DNA of 64,000 nucleotides from NCBI RefSeq assembly GCF_902713425.1, contig NC_081214.1, positions 10,816,641 to 10,880,640 of the forward strand. Direction: 5' to 3'. A program made the translations under genes and the position numbers. Source of the DNA: Acipenser ruthenus. Its lineage: Eukaryota. Below are positions 37,201-49,559 of the stretch, piece after piece; the first letter of the stretch is position 1; every line of letters begins with the position of its first letter. The notes under the pieces were generated by a model. It ran no database searches, was not told where the DNA came from, and was given only the letters and a program-made list of their open reading frames with translations.

Positions 37201-38410
37201 TGCACACCCGAGCCGATGCCGAGTCGAGCCAGCCTGGTACGGCTCGGGTAGCTTGAGTTGCATTTACACTAGAGAAAGGCGAGCCGAGCTGAGAGACGTC
37301 ACGCATAATGAACGTGCTGAGTCGATTACATTAAATGTCACAGACAGCAAAAATAGAACAAAGCATTCATTTAATAAAATATTTTTTTACCATAGATTTT
37401 TTTTACTATTATTATTGCGGAGAAGTACTGAAAATGCGCACGGGGGTGGGGGGGGGGACCATATTAAAGTTATACATAATAATGTGCCTCGGATACAACG
37501 CTCCTACAGCATGTCCCCCAGTTCTATACAAGTGCAATATTTCTCTAGTAAATACAGTACCGGTGTTCAAACTGTAAACAACTTATCAGTGTAACTTCCG
37601 TTTCTGTGTCTCCCTATTGATACAGTATCTGAACTGGAGAAAAGCTGCGCTGGCACTTTATAACACAGGCACCTTATTCAGCATTAATTTTATAACTAAA
37701 TAAATATTAGGTCTGTAACGTGGTTATCTTTCCTAATCTATTAACTTTATTTGCTGCGGAGGAGCTGCAGCTTTCTCCGGGAGATGAGACGCTTCAGCCC
37801 GCTCCGGCAGCCGAACCTGGAGCGAGCCCATTCCCCTCCCCCTCGCCCGACCCGCTCTCCTTCTCGCATTTTGTTGGTTTACTTGTCTGTCGCTTCGAAC
37901 TGAACTCCCGACTGCCGTTTAGCCAGGCTATTGTTTAACAACTGCTGATTAAAATGATCCTTTAGTGGTAATGTTATCTTTTTTTTTTTTGTAAAAAATA
38001 AAGCGTTGATTACATTGTGCTTTATGCATGGTTAATTAACGGAAAGTTACATTTTTGATTCACTATATGCGTATTATAGAGAGGGAATTATTTTATTTAG
38101 TATTTTAGTCAGATGTGTGTTGTTATGTGTCCTGCGGAATAAAGGTAAGGAGTTAAGAACACATTTACCGGTTGAGGTCCTGGGGGTTGCCACTTTTTCT
38201 TGTAATGACGCTTGAGCGTGATGACGAAATGCAGTAACTCCGCCCACAGCCTGCTTCGGCCCCGAGCCAGATTCAGATATGTTGCAGGGCTGGAGTTTCA
38301 CGGCTTGGTTCCGGCTTGGCTCGGGTATTTGCTAGTGTAAACACACCCGTACCTTGAGGGCGTGGAGCCCTCACGGTACGGGCGTGCTAGGGTAAACGGG
38401 GTATAAATGT
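37195..38410. mobile_element. Putative foldback/TIR element (~1.2 kb). Its imperfect ~40-bp terminal inverted repeats (GGTACGG...TTTACACTAG) each contain their own hairpin. The core is CpG-rich.
   Basis: Left end: ...cctggtacggctcgggtagcttgagttgcatttacactag. Right end (reverse complement): ...ggtacgggtgtgtttacactagcaaatacccgagcc. Internal palindromes sit at 37213-37257 and 38346-38385. Confidence 0.35.
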
Positions 38411-38889
38411 CCAATTGTGTCCTCTGGTCCTGTTTCTGTGCTGCATGACTGGTACTGGTTCAGGTTAACTACGTCAACTCCTTTTAAGATTTTAAAGATT
38501 TCAATCAAGTTTCAGTACTTTTCATTGTCAATATAAGTCCCACAGTCTTGCCAGGGGTATAGGAATACAGTACACCATTACTTCAATACGTTTTTGGAGA
38601 TGCTAGCTGCATATAATAACAGAAGTTAAAAAGAGGCTATATTTGCATTGTGAACTGTACCATAGTGTGAATGATTGATTTCAGTTCCATGTTATTCTAT
38701 GGGTTTATTCAGGTTTAATATCTCACAAGGATATGCCAAAGGAAATTCTATTAACACTACTTCTGGGAACAATGTGTACAGTCTGTTCTTGACTCCATCA
38801 TACTTAACCAAAATGCTATAAATCCTATGGACTGTGCACCACCAATCCTGTTTCAGCCCACCAGCAGTGGTAAGTAACATAGTGTACTC

Positions 38890-40162
38890 CAGGGCTCTTC
38901 AACTAGTTTTTTAAAGGGGCCAGATTGGAAAAAAGGTAGGAGTAGGCGGGCCAGAAGTACATTACTCTGCACATTTTAAGCAATATAATAAATATGATAT
39001 AACGTAATGTTTGTATATTGAACAAGACTTACAAATGTTACCATATGAACAGTACTTTAATAATAGAACAGTGCAAACATTTAACAGAGTTATATGTGAC
39101 ATTAATAGTATAACTATTAGTATAATATTATAATCTAAGTCTGAGAACATGAACTGTGTGCCAATGTTGTTGTAAGTATTATTATTATTATTATTAATTT
39201 CTTAGCAGACGCCCTTATCCAGGGCGACTTACAATTGTAACAAGATATCACATTATACATTATTTCACATTATACAGATATCACATTATTTTTACATACA
39301 ATTACCCATTTATACAGTTGGGTTTTTACTGGAGCAATCTAGGTAAAGTACCTTGCTCAAGGGTACAACAGCAGTGTCCCCCACTGGGGATTGAACCCAC
39401 AACCCTCCAGTCAAGAGTCCAGAGCCCTAACCACTACTCCACACTGCAAGTAAGGTAATGATGTGACACAAAAAACCTTCAACTTTCAGCATGCCACTTA
39501 AAACAAATAAACCTGTGTCTTTGTTTCTATTTCATCTCTGACACAGCAATGAAAACCTGAATATGTTAAAAACAGACAGATGAGTCCCATGGAAAGGGAT
39601 GTACCGGTGATCGCGTTTCTATGTTTTGGTTCATTTCCCAAATAATGACATTTGATGTTTCTGACCAGACTGTTAATCTGCTTTGTATGGTATACTTTTT
39701 AATGAATCTCAAACCACAAATCGATGAGTGCACGATCTCACAAGAGCTGCACAAGCATGTTGGTCGGGAGAGATCAGCGCCTCTACGTTTTAGCTTCTAA
39801 CAGCTGAGCCCTCTGGATACCCATTTCCAAAAGCTCTGTGTTAAAATGGCTTTTCACATTGTATTCCTTAACTACCGACACACATTCATTGCACAGTAAA
39901 CACATTGGCTTTGCGTTCGGTACAGTTGGTAAAATATATAAGTATTTACTGGTCCACTCATTGTTAAATCTACGATTTCCACCCAAAGGGGCGGTGTGAT
40001 GAGAGCGCTGCTTTGCCGGACACAAAAATAAAACACATCTTAAATCACAAATTGATTTATGATGTTACTATTTTGTTTTCGTTTTTTTGTTTCTCATATT
40101 TATTTTAGTTCATTTTTATCATTTTTGTTGACGGTTGGCAGGCCGCCAGTTGAAGAGCCCTG
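38890..40162. mobile_element. hAT-Charlie-like non-autonomous element (1273 bp). The TIRs are CAGGGCTCTTCAACT / AGTTGAAGAGCCCTG. The 8-bp TSD is degraded (GTGTACTC / CTGTACAC, 6/8 match). It contains a transposase N-terminal remnant on the minus strand at 39783..40025.
   Basis: The 15-bp terminal inverted repeats resemble Charlie-type CAGTGGTTCTCAAC termini. The internal ORF reads RRFNNEWTSKYLYILPTVPNAKPMCLLCNECVSVVKEYNVKSHF, the hAT N-terminal motif. Confidence 0.65.
39175..39447 (-). mobile_element. tRNA-derived SINE, same family as 19785-20065, in reverse orientation, sitting inside the hAT-N element
   Basis: The reverse complement of ...cagcagtgtggagtagtggttagggctctggactcttgactggagggttgtgggttcaatcccc...ttgtaagtcgccctggataagggcgtctgctaagaaattaat(aat)n is present. 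Confidence 0.8.
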
Positions 40163-40271
40163 CTGTACACTCTCCAATCATTTTTCCATTTTTCTAATTG
40201 CTTCCCACCCACCTCGAGTGCAATAAATTGTGTTAGATATGGATAGATTAATTTGCTACATGAGGTAACGG

Positions 40272-40466
40272 TTGCGGGGACCAGCATGTATTTACATTTA
40301 CTGGATCCGAGGACAACCCAAGCCCCAGTGCATTATTTGTCAGGAGGTTTTGTCAAACAAAACTCTTAAACCTGTAAAATTAAAACGCCATTTATCTACA
40401 AAGCATTCAGAATGTGAAAAAATAAACACTTTTAAACAAAACAAAACAAAACAATGTGCAAAATGA
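40272..40466 (+). mobile_element. Isolated hAT (Buster/ZBED5-like) transposase N-terminal fragment on the plus strand, ~110 bp from the end of the neighbouring hAT-N element
   Basis: KPQCIICQEVLSNKTLKPVKLKRHLSTKH matches the conserved hAT N-terminal C..C...L.N...KP.KL.RHL..KH motif. It is the same motif as at 14556..14816. Confidence 0.5.
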
Positions 40467-41689
40467 CAAAATTCCTTGCTAAGATTCAAGCCCAGTAAAT
40501 CTCATGAAGTTAGGTACGTTATATAAATACTTTACTTTCTATGTGTACTTATACATACACACATGCAAATTGGATTCAAAATGCTGTTGTGAAAAAATAG
40601 AGATGGCAAGTGGTCTGTGGCAAAAGTCCAAACACCAAGGTGGTCCCTGCCTTAAAAAAGGCTGGGACTAGTGTTCTAGGACATTCCTTTAAGCCTGGAA
40701 TTAGTCTGGTTCATAGGACTCTCTCCAGGGCCACAGTGACCTTTTGGTGCTGTGGTGACCACAACTGGATCGGGTACTCTGTAAGTATGATCTCACCAGT
40801 GCAGTATTAATTAAACAATGTCCACTTAGAGTTGAGACCACTTGGAACCCGGGTTTCAGTCCAGGCCTCATAGCCCCTGTGCCTCTGCAGTTTGCTGCGG
40901 TAATGTCCCCCGCTCAGCATTAACATAAGACAGTGCTTCCAGGAACTCCTTGCACCGTCTTCTTGGAAAGTCTCCCCTAACAGTTCCAGGATCTATTTCT
41001 GTAAGATGCTGTTCAAGGAATTAAATACATGTCATCAATACACATAGATATCTGTCTCTCAGTACATTCACACACATCAAGGATAGGGTTAGCATTGAAT
41101 ATTGCAGCACTTGACATTCTCCAGTCTTGTTTCTGGTACTTGATTTTCTTATAGTCTCACCAGTGCATTATACAGTAAAACCTCACCATAACCTCTTTGG
41201 ATTTGTACTCTGGCTGTCCAAGTCTGCTCAAGCATTTGGCTTTTTGATTGCTTCCATGCACAGTCGGGTTGCTGCAGCGACGAGTCTAACACAACATTGA
41301 GGGCTTTCTCTTGTGGGCCTGTTCTAGTTCTATACCACCCATTTATGCGGAGCCTACATTTCTGTGACCAGCATGTCACCATAATCTACTCTGAATTGTA
41401 CTCTTTCGACAGTGTAATAAAGGTGAGCAGATACTCATGTTTGTGAGTAATTAAGTTAGTTATTCATTCATTAAATGAGTCACTCAACACAAAATAAACC
41501 ATTCCCTCGTTTGCCCTTGGCTACACAACTATTGAGGACCGATCAATAACAATCTGAAAGTGAGATTTAATTTAGAACCTGTCATGATCAGATTAACTAA
41601 AACTACTCATTCTATAAGTGTCTTCCCTTTCTTTTATACTTTTGTTATAAAATCATTTTGATTTCACAATGTTAGAAATGCATCCTCTC

Positions 41690-43660
41690 TGCAGTGAACT
41701 GGGGGACTGTTATCCTGGGTGAGATGTAATCTCAGATTAAACTCCAGGGAAACACATCCCCAGTCTGCACAACAGTAGAGATGTAATCTCCGATTATACT
41801 CCAGAGAAATACATCCCCAGTCTGCACAGCAGTAGAGATGTAATCTCAGATTAAACTCCAGGGAAACACATCCCCAGTCTGCACAGCAGTAGAGGTATAA
41901 TCTCAGATTAAACTCCAGGGAAATTCCAGCAGTAGAGATGTAATCTCGGATTAAACTCCAGGGAAACACATCCCCAGTCTGCACAGCAGTAAAGATGTAA
42001 TCTCAGATTAAACTCCAGAGAAACACATCCCCAGTCTGCACAACAGTAGAGATGTAATCTCAGATTAAACTCCAGAGAAACACATCCCCAGTCTGCACAG
42101 CAGTAGAGATGTAATCTCCGATTAAACTCCAGGGAAACACATCCCCAGTCTGCACAGCAGTAGAGGTATAATCTCAGATTAAACTCCAGGGAAATTCCAG
42201 CAGTAGAGATGTAATCTCGGATTAAACTCCAGGGAAACACATCCCCAGTCTGCACAGCAGTAGAGATGTAATCTCAGATTAAACTCCAGGGAAACACATC
42301 CCCAGTCTGCACAGCAGTAGAGGTATAATCTCAGATAAACTCCAGGGAAATTCCAGCAGTAGAGATGTAATCTCGGATTAAACTCCAGGGAAACACATCC
42401 CCAGTCTGCACAGCAGTAAAGATGTAATCTCAGATTAAACTCCAGGGAAACACATCCCCAGTCTGCACAGCAGTAGAGATGTAATCTCAGATTAAACTTC
42501 AGGGAAATACATTCCCAGAATGCACAGCACTAGAGATGTAATCTCAGATTAAACCCCAGGGAAACACATCCCCAGTCTGCACAACAGTAGAGATGTAATC
42601 TCAGATTAAACTCCAGGGAAACACATCCCCAGTCTGCACAGCAGTAGAGATGTAATCTCAGATTAAACTTCAGGGAAATACATTCCCAGTCTGCACAGCA
42701 CTAGAGATGTAATCTCCGATTAAACTCCAGGGAAACACATCCCCAGTCTGCACAACAGTAGAGATGTAATCTCAGATTAAACTCCAGAGAAACACATCCC
42801 CAGTCTGCACAGCAGTAGAGATGTAATCTCAGATTAAACTCCAGGGAAACACATCCCCAGTCTGCACAGCAGTAGTGGTATAATCTCAGATTAAACTCCA
42901 GGGAAATTCCAGCAGTAGAGATGTAATCTCGGATTAAACTCCAGGGAAACACATCCCCAGTCTGCACAGCAGTAAAGATGTAATCTCAGATTAAACTCCA
43001 GGGAAACACATCCCCAGTCTGCACAGCAGTAGAGGTATAATCTCAGATTAAACTCCAGGGAAATTCCAGCAGTAGAGATGTAATCTCGGATTAAACTCCA
43101 GGGAAACACATCCCCAGTCTGCACAGCAGTAGAGATGTAATCTCAGATTAAACTTCAGGGAAATACATTCCCAGTCTGCACAGCACTAGAGATGTAATCT
43201 CAGATTAAACCCCAGGGAAACACATCCCCAGTCTGCACAGCAGTAGAGATGTAATCTCAGATTAAACTTCAGGGAAATACATTCCCAGTCTGCACAGCAC
43301 TAGAGATGTAATCTCAGATTAAACTCCAGGGAAACTCCAGCAGTAGAGATGTAATCTCGGATTAAACTCCAGGGAAACACATCCCCAGTCTGCACAGCAG
43401 TAGAGATGTAATCTCGGATTAAACTCCAGGGAAACACATCCCCAGTCTGCACAGCACTAGAGATGTAATCTCAGATTTAACTCAAAATACATTCCCAGTC
43501 TGCACAGCACTAGAGATGTAATCTCAGATTAAACTCCAGGGAAACTCCAGCAGTAGAGATGTAATCTCAGATTAAACTCCAGGGAAATACATCCCCAGTC
43601 TGCACAGCACTAGAGATGTAATCTCAGATTAAACTCCAGGGAAACACATCCCCAGTCTGC
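41690..43660. repeat. Satellite array of ~2 kb, ~32 copies of a 60-61 bp unit (CAGCAGTAGAGATGTAATCTCAGATTAAACTCCAGGGAAACACATCCCCAGTCTGCACAG). Variant units (AGGTATAATC..., GGGAAATTCCAG, CACTAGAG) recur in a higher-order pattern.
   Basis: Direct reading shows head-to-tail repeats with unit variants recurring at about 41893, 42164, 42311, 42876 and 43024. All spacers are the same sequence, so this is not CRISPR-like. Confidence 0.9.
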
Positions 43661-44640
43661 TCTTAAATTAGGTCTAAAGAAAGGCCACGTGTAGGAACCA
43701 GTTGCATTTGTGGTGTCGACATATTTTCTTGTCAATTTCTGGTATGGCAGTAAAAATGGCCGTGCCCTGGGTGAAAGGAAAACGTACTTCCAAGGAGCTT
43801 TTAAATCCCTCACTGCAGGAGTTATTTGCCATTGGTACTCAATTGTCAAGGTCGAGCATCTTATCTTCTTAAGAAATTAGCACATTCATTAATAGGCTTG
43901 TTTGGTTTCATTGAATATCTGCTGACAAAAAAAAAACTTCTTAAAAGGGAATAACTCAGAAAATACCCCTGCAAAATAACCAAGCAATATTTTTAACCCT
44001 TTAAGGACCAAGCCTTTTTCTGAGATGCTCTCCCTGGACCAGGCGTTTTTTGGCTGCATTTGACTCTCTTCCTTTAAAAATGCACTAAAAATTACAGTAG
44101 CATCTTTGAATTGGTGTCCTTTTTTCAAAATTCAAAATAGAAGTGTGTTTACATGATCATGGTCCTTAAAGGGTGAATTGCTTCTCCTCACACTCTCACA
44201 GGGAGTGAGACCAGGGGGAGTGGGAGAGTACACCAGTAACCCCCCCATTGCTAAAGCACTGTGAATGGAGCTTTCTGAATGAACAGTAATGGAAAGTAAT
44301 AACCCAGCAGCTAGCAGGTCACCCATTTACAGGAGATGTGAACTTTTAGTGGCAAAACTTAAGTTTAAATGTGACATGCTATAAAATCTACATGTAGCTG
44401 CTGCTTTAGCAACAACATAACCTACAGACATCGCTGGTCTGGTTTCACATGCCCAGATTCATAAGCACAACCAGAGCTGAAATGTTGGGGGGGAACACAC
44501 ATTTTTACAGTCCTGTGTTGAAAATATGTACAGACATTGTTCATAAGACTATGGGGTCTCCCAGTGTACCCAGGGAGTAAAAATATCAAATAAACATTCT
44601 GTAAATGAATGTCCTTAATAAAAGACTTACATTATAAATG

Positions 44641-44705
<65 letters not shown>

Positions 44706-45624
44706 ATTTCCCATTGCTTTGTATGTAACTTTTTCCTCATAAGAATCCAAAAGTTATAATCCAATGTGTATATTATCAATCAATTTTTATTTTTAAATAG
44801 CGCCTTTCACAATAGATCGCCGCAAAGCGCTTTACAAGGATACAAACAATAAATATTACAAAAACTAACAATAAATATTACAAAAACTAACAATAAGCAG
44901 TAAAAACAAAACAATATAACAGTAAAACAAGCAAGTAACGGTAAGAACATTAAGATATATAAACTAGATTATAAAAATGTGTTTTTAATCTAGTTTTCAA
45001 AGCAGCGACAGTGGAAGCTTTCGGGTCATTCCATATGAAATCAAATCACCAAAAACCTCATCCTCCTTTGATTTGTATAAAAATGTCCATGCATGTTTGC
45101 CTTTGGGAGAAGTGGTTACAGTGGACATTTTAGGCCTGAATGACACCCCGTTCATGAGATACAGCTCATCAAAGTTGACTCATTTTGGACCCCCGACCCA
45201 ACCTTTCCATGGTCATAACTTCCTCTATAATTGACACAGAAAGGTAGTTTTGGTGTTGTTTTAAAGCTCTCTAATAGCACTATCCTCTCATTCTGTTCTC
45301 AGGTTCTGTGAAGTGTACAATATAAAAAGTTGTGTGACCTTCGATCTCACCCAGGTCAAATCGCATAACTGTGGATTTTTGTCAGTTTTTGATATATTTT
45401 AGCCTAGACCCTTATCTACATTTCCTGCAAGTTTCATTTTGTGCCTGCCATTGGTTGATACACAGCACAGAGTTGAATGCAGAGTGTCAGGTGAATCGTC
45501 TAAGTGAAGCGATTACACACCTATACAATTAAACAAATATATTTAGTTATAATCGAGTATACTCACCTGTTAAATTGAAGCTGCAGTGAACTGGTGCAGC
45601 TGTAAAAGATTCATAAGAAAGTTT

Positions 45625-47340
45625 ACAAACAAAAGGAGGCCATTCAGCCTATCTTGCTCATTTGGTTGTTAGTAGCTTATTGATCCCAGAATCTCATCAA
45701 GCAGCTTCTTGAAGGATGTCAGCTTTGTTTTACAACATTATTGGGGGGTTGGTTCCAGACCCCTAGTCCTTGTTTCTTTTTTCAGGTTAAAAAAGTCCCT
45801 TGGGTCGACATTGTCAATACCTTTTAGAATTTTGAATGCTTGAATCAGATCACCGCATAGTCTTTGTTCAAGACTGAATAGATTCAATTATTTTAGCTTG
45901 TCTGCATATGACATGCCTTTTAAACCCGGGATAATTCTGGTCGCTCTCTATGCACTCTTTCAAGAGCAGCAATATCCTTTTTGTACCGAGGTAACCAGAA
46001 CTGAACACAATATTCTAAATTAGGTCTTACTAATGCATTGTAAAGTTTTAACATTATTTCCCTTGATTTAAATTCAGCACTTCTCAGTATATATCCAAGC
46101 ATCTTGTTGGCCTTTTTTTATAGCTTCCCCACATTGTCTAGATGAAGACATTTCTGAGTCAACATAAACTCCTAGGTCTTTTTCATAGTTTCCTTCTTCA
46201 ATTTCAGTATCTCCCATATGATATTTATAATACACATTTTTATTGCCTGTGTGCAGTACCTTACACTTTTCTCTATTAAATGTAATTTGCCATGTGTCTG
46301 CTTTTTGGAATTGGTTTTAGCCCCCTTAGCAATGCTCATTTCTATCTCTCTCTTGGCCTTTCTAACTTCCTTTTTGACTTGCGTTTGCAGTTCCAAGTAC
46401 TCTTTCTGTGTACTTTGTTCTTGGTTACTGAATATTTTTTTTTAATTGATCTATTAAACCATTTTGGCAATTTTGTTCTAGATTTAGATTTGTCTACTTT
46501 TGGGATGTAATTGTTTTGCGCCTCTAGTACTACATTTTTTTAAAAAAAGCCATTCTTTCCCTGTGGGTGTTTTTTCTACTTTACTCCAATCTACTTCTGT
46601 TAGTCTCTGTTTCATACCTTCATAGTTTGCCTTTTTAAAATTGTAAACCTTAACTTTAGTCTACTTTTGGGGTTTTAAAAAGCACTTCAAATGACACCAT
46701 GTTGTGGTCTGAGTTTGCCAATGGTTCTCTGTTTTAGTTATTCTGTCTTCGTTCTTTGAAAAGACTAAATCAAGGCATGCCTCCCCTCTAGTCGGTGCCT
46801 TGACAAATTGCGTTAGGAAGCAGTCATTTGTCATTTCCACCATTTCAATTTCGTCCGTCGTGCCCCCCATCGGGTTTTCCCATTTTATACGGGGGAAGTT
46901 GAAATCCCCCATTAGTATGGCTTCTCCTTTTCTACACGCATTTCGAATGTCATTGTACAACAGATTATTTTGCTCAGCGTCTGAATTTCTATAGCATGCT
47001 CCTATTATTATGCCCTTTGAATTTGTGTCCATTATTCTGACCCATATTGATTCTGCATTGTTTTCTTTGTCCTGATTTAACACCTGGTCTTCAAGACTGT
47101 TTCTTATGTATAGTGCTACCCCTCCGCCTCTTCTGTCCTGTCTGTCTTTCCTATACAGTGTGTACTGACTAATATTATATTTGTCTCCATCATAAACCAA
47201 GTTTCTGTAACACCTATCACATCGCAGTTACTTGTTAGTACAACATTTTGTTTCTGGGACTTCTAGCATTTAGATAAATACTTTTACTGGCTATCTTACC
47301 TGAATTGTTGCCCTTGTTTTGATGTGGTCTCCCTTCTGTT
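45625..47340 (-). mobile_element. CR1-like LINE copy with a large internal deletion. The EN region is at 46661..47200, the RT C-terminal part at 45920..46102 and the tail at 45640-45720.
   Basis: Minus-strand ORFs match the EN (YTLYRKDRQDRRGGGVALYIRNSLE...) and RT C-terminus (EFKSREIMLKLYNALVRPNLEYCVQFW) of the intact copies. Confidence 0.8.
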
Positions 47341-48732
47341 TTTTTGTTGACTACTCCCCAAATCCAATTTGGCCTATTAACACATGTGACTAAAGTGTAG
47401 CACAGGTGAATTAAATACAGATGAATAGTGAAATGTGTCCTTTATATAGTCCCTCCAGGATTCCGCGATCGCAGAAAAAAAATCACAGAATTTGCTCTCT
47501 CTCGCAGAATTTTCCCTGTACATGTCACTAGATCGCATGCATGCTATTTGTAAGGATTTCATAGTTTAGTCACAAGTTCAAAGTGAAGCAATGTTCTCTT
47601 ACTCCTATGTGAAAGGTCAGAGAAAAACACTTGCTTGTACCTTGCTTGTACTCCCTATGCTGCAGGTCCTGAAAGATGTCATTCTAATTATATATGGAAA
47701 TACACACGTATTTTGTACATGGTGTAGTAACATAAATGCTCAAAAAGCAAGGGGGCAGCGGACTATATCAGATATTATCCCATTACTTGGGATGACAACA
47801 TTCTTGTGAAAATCCTCTTTTTTTTAAATCGTTACTTTCCTGTTTGTTTTGTGGTATGTGATGTAGCACTTTAACATTGTGGTCAAAGAAACATAAAAGC
47901 TAGTTTATCAGCCAATCAGTGTTGCCTGTCACTGTTTCCAAGCCCTTGTCACAGTTTCCAAACTATTTCTATATGCTGTCTTGACGTGGATACGTTTTAA
48001 AATTACAATATTTTGGTGAACAACATGTTTCTAAAAATACCCTGTTACATCTGTACAAAAATGCTCCAAGTCTAGTACACATTTGTAAAACAGTGCATTT
48101 GTAAAATGTACCAATGCTAATTTGAATCCCAGTGCACCACTACAATCCTATTCTGCTAGGTAAATTTTATTATTACTAAATGTGATTAAATATAGTCATA
48201 TGTTTTGGGCATAACTCTATTTAATTTATTTAAGAATTGTTATGTTTTATGTATTGTAACATGATGCTCGCCACACAGGCTCGCATCGGGTTCTTTCAGC
48301 ACTGAGTGACCGACTCACAAACGCCTGGTAGCACACTTTTTATTTTTAAACAAAACAGAAATCTAGCTCCACTTTGGAGCTAGATTTGGAGCAGGGTATA
48401 GTATCCAAAGCACAGGGGCGGTACCTACAGCGGTTGTAGTGCTTCAGTAAAATATGTAGTGAATACCTAGTGTACAAGACCGTGTAAGATAAGTGCTATG
48501 GTAGAATATGTTTGAAATATACGCTAACACTAATAATTTTAATTTACAAAAAACTGAGCATAGTCAGTCCCTCCCCCCTCCAGCTTGTGTTAACCAGAGG
48601 CAAATTTCTCGACCATTCGCCATCTCGACAGCAAAGCACTGTACAGCGTAAGCTGCATTGAAAGAAATGTCTCGAAACCCCTCTGCTGTTTGGGATTTTT
48701 TTTGTTAAATGCCCAGGCAATTAAAAAAACAG

Positions 48733-48812
48733 TTGAATGCAAACTAAGCAAGCGTTTGTTGATGTATCATGGAGGCACATCCAATCTCTGGGGTCACTTT
48801 ACAATCGTAAGT
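48733..48812 (+). mobile_element. BED-type zinc-finger fragment (hAT/ZBED N-terminus), followed by a GTAAG donor-like site and an (ATT)n/poly-A tract
   Basis: ECKLSKRLLMYHGGTSNLWGHFTIV follows the BED-finger pattern C.LC...L.Y.GGTSNL..HL. Confidence 0.45.
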
Positions 48813-48815
48813 TCA

Positions 48816-48848
<33 letters not shown>

Positions 48849-49559
48849 GCTTGTTTAAAAAAAAAAAAAAAAAAAAAAAAAACCCACTGTTCTGCAATAT
48901 AACAGCATTAATTAAGGTACACTCCAGTCCTGTAGGTGGCAGCAATAAGCCTCATATTTGGCTTTGCCAGCAATATTAAGGGCATTTACTTTAAGGCCCT
49001 GTCTCGAGAACCGTACTCAAAAACATTTTAATTAATCCAGCCCAAACTTTAGCGTCCACTCTGAAGTACCGTTTCATGTTTAGTTGGGCGTAATGCGTAC
49101 ACACACTAATGCTATTAGAATAGTTTGGTTACAGTTCCTAGCAGCGCAATGAACAGTGGAAATTAATATGATAGTATCCCACCATGCACTGTATTTTATT
49201 TAAAAAATAATGTGTTATGCCCGATATTGCTAAGAAATAAAACAAGTATTTTGGAAAAAGTAAATGCGAACACACACACACAAGTAGGGCTTGAGGTTTT
49301 GGGGTTTTATTTTTAATCAGGTGACAAATTCAGCTGATTCTGTTTCATAATTAAACTCAGAAAAAGCTGTTAATTATAAAACAATCTTTGTTTTTATTCA
49401 TAACTTGCCTTAGCCTAATTATGGTCCCTTTAACTTTATTTCAAACACAGCTGACAAATTACGTGAATTGTTCATCCCCGATCCTACTTTTAACTCGCAT
49501 TTCATTTTTGCAGTCGCCTAATTTAACGTTGTGCTTTTGTTATTTTCTGGACTAGTTTA

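Noticed and set aside
37720-37940. CpG-rich segment considered as exon 1/5'UTR of the CASTOR-like gene
   Set aside because: Translating both strands gives nothing resembling the CASTOR N-terminus (MELHILEHRVRVLSV...). It lies inside a putative foldback repeat.
41690-43660. Regular ~60-bp direct repeats that could superficially look like a CRISPR array
   Set aside because: Every interval between repeats is itself the same repeated sequence. There are no unique spacers, no cas genes and no leader. The context is eukaryotic and TE-rich, so this is a satellite.
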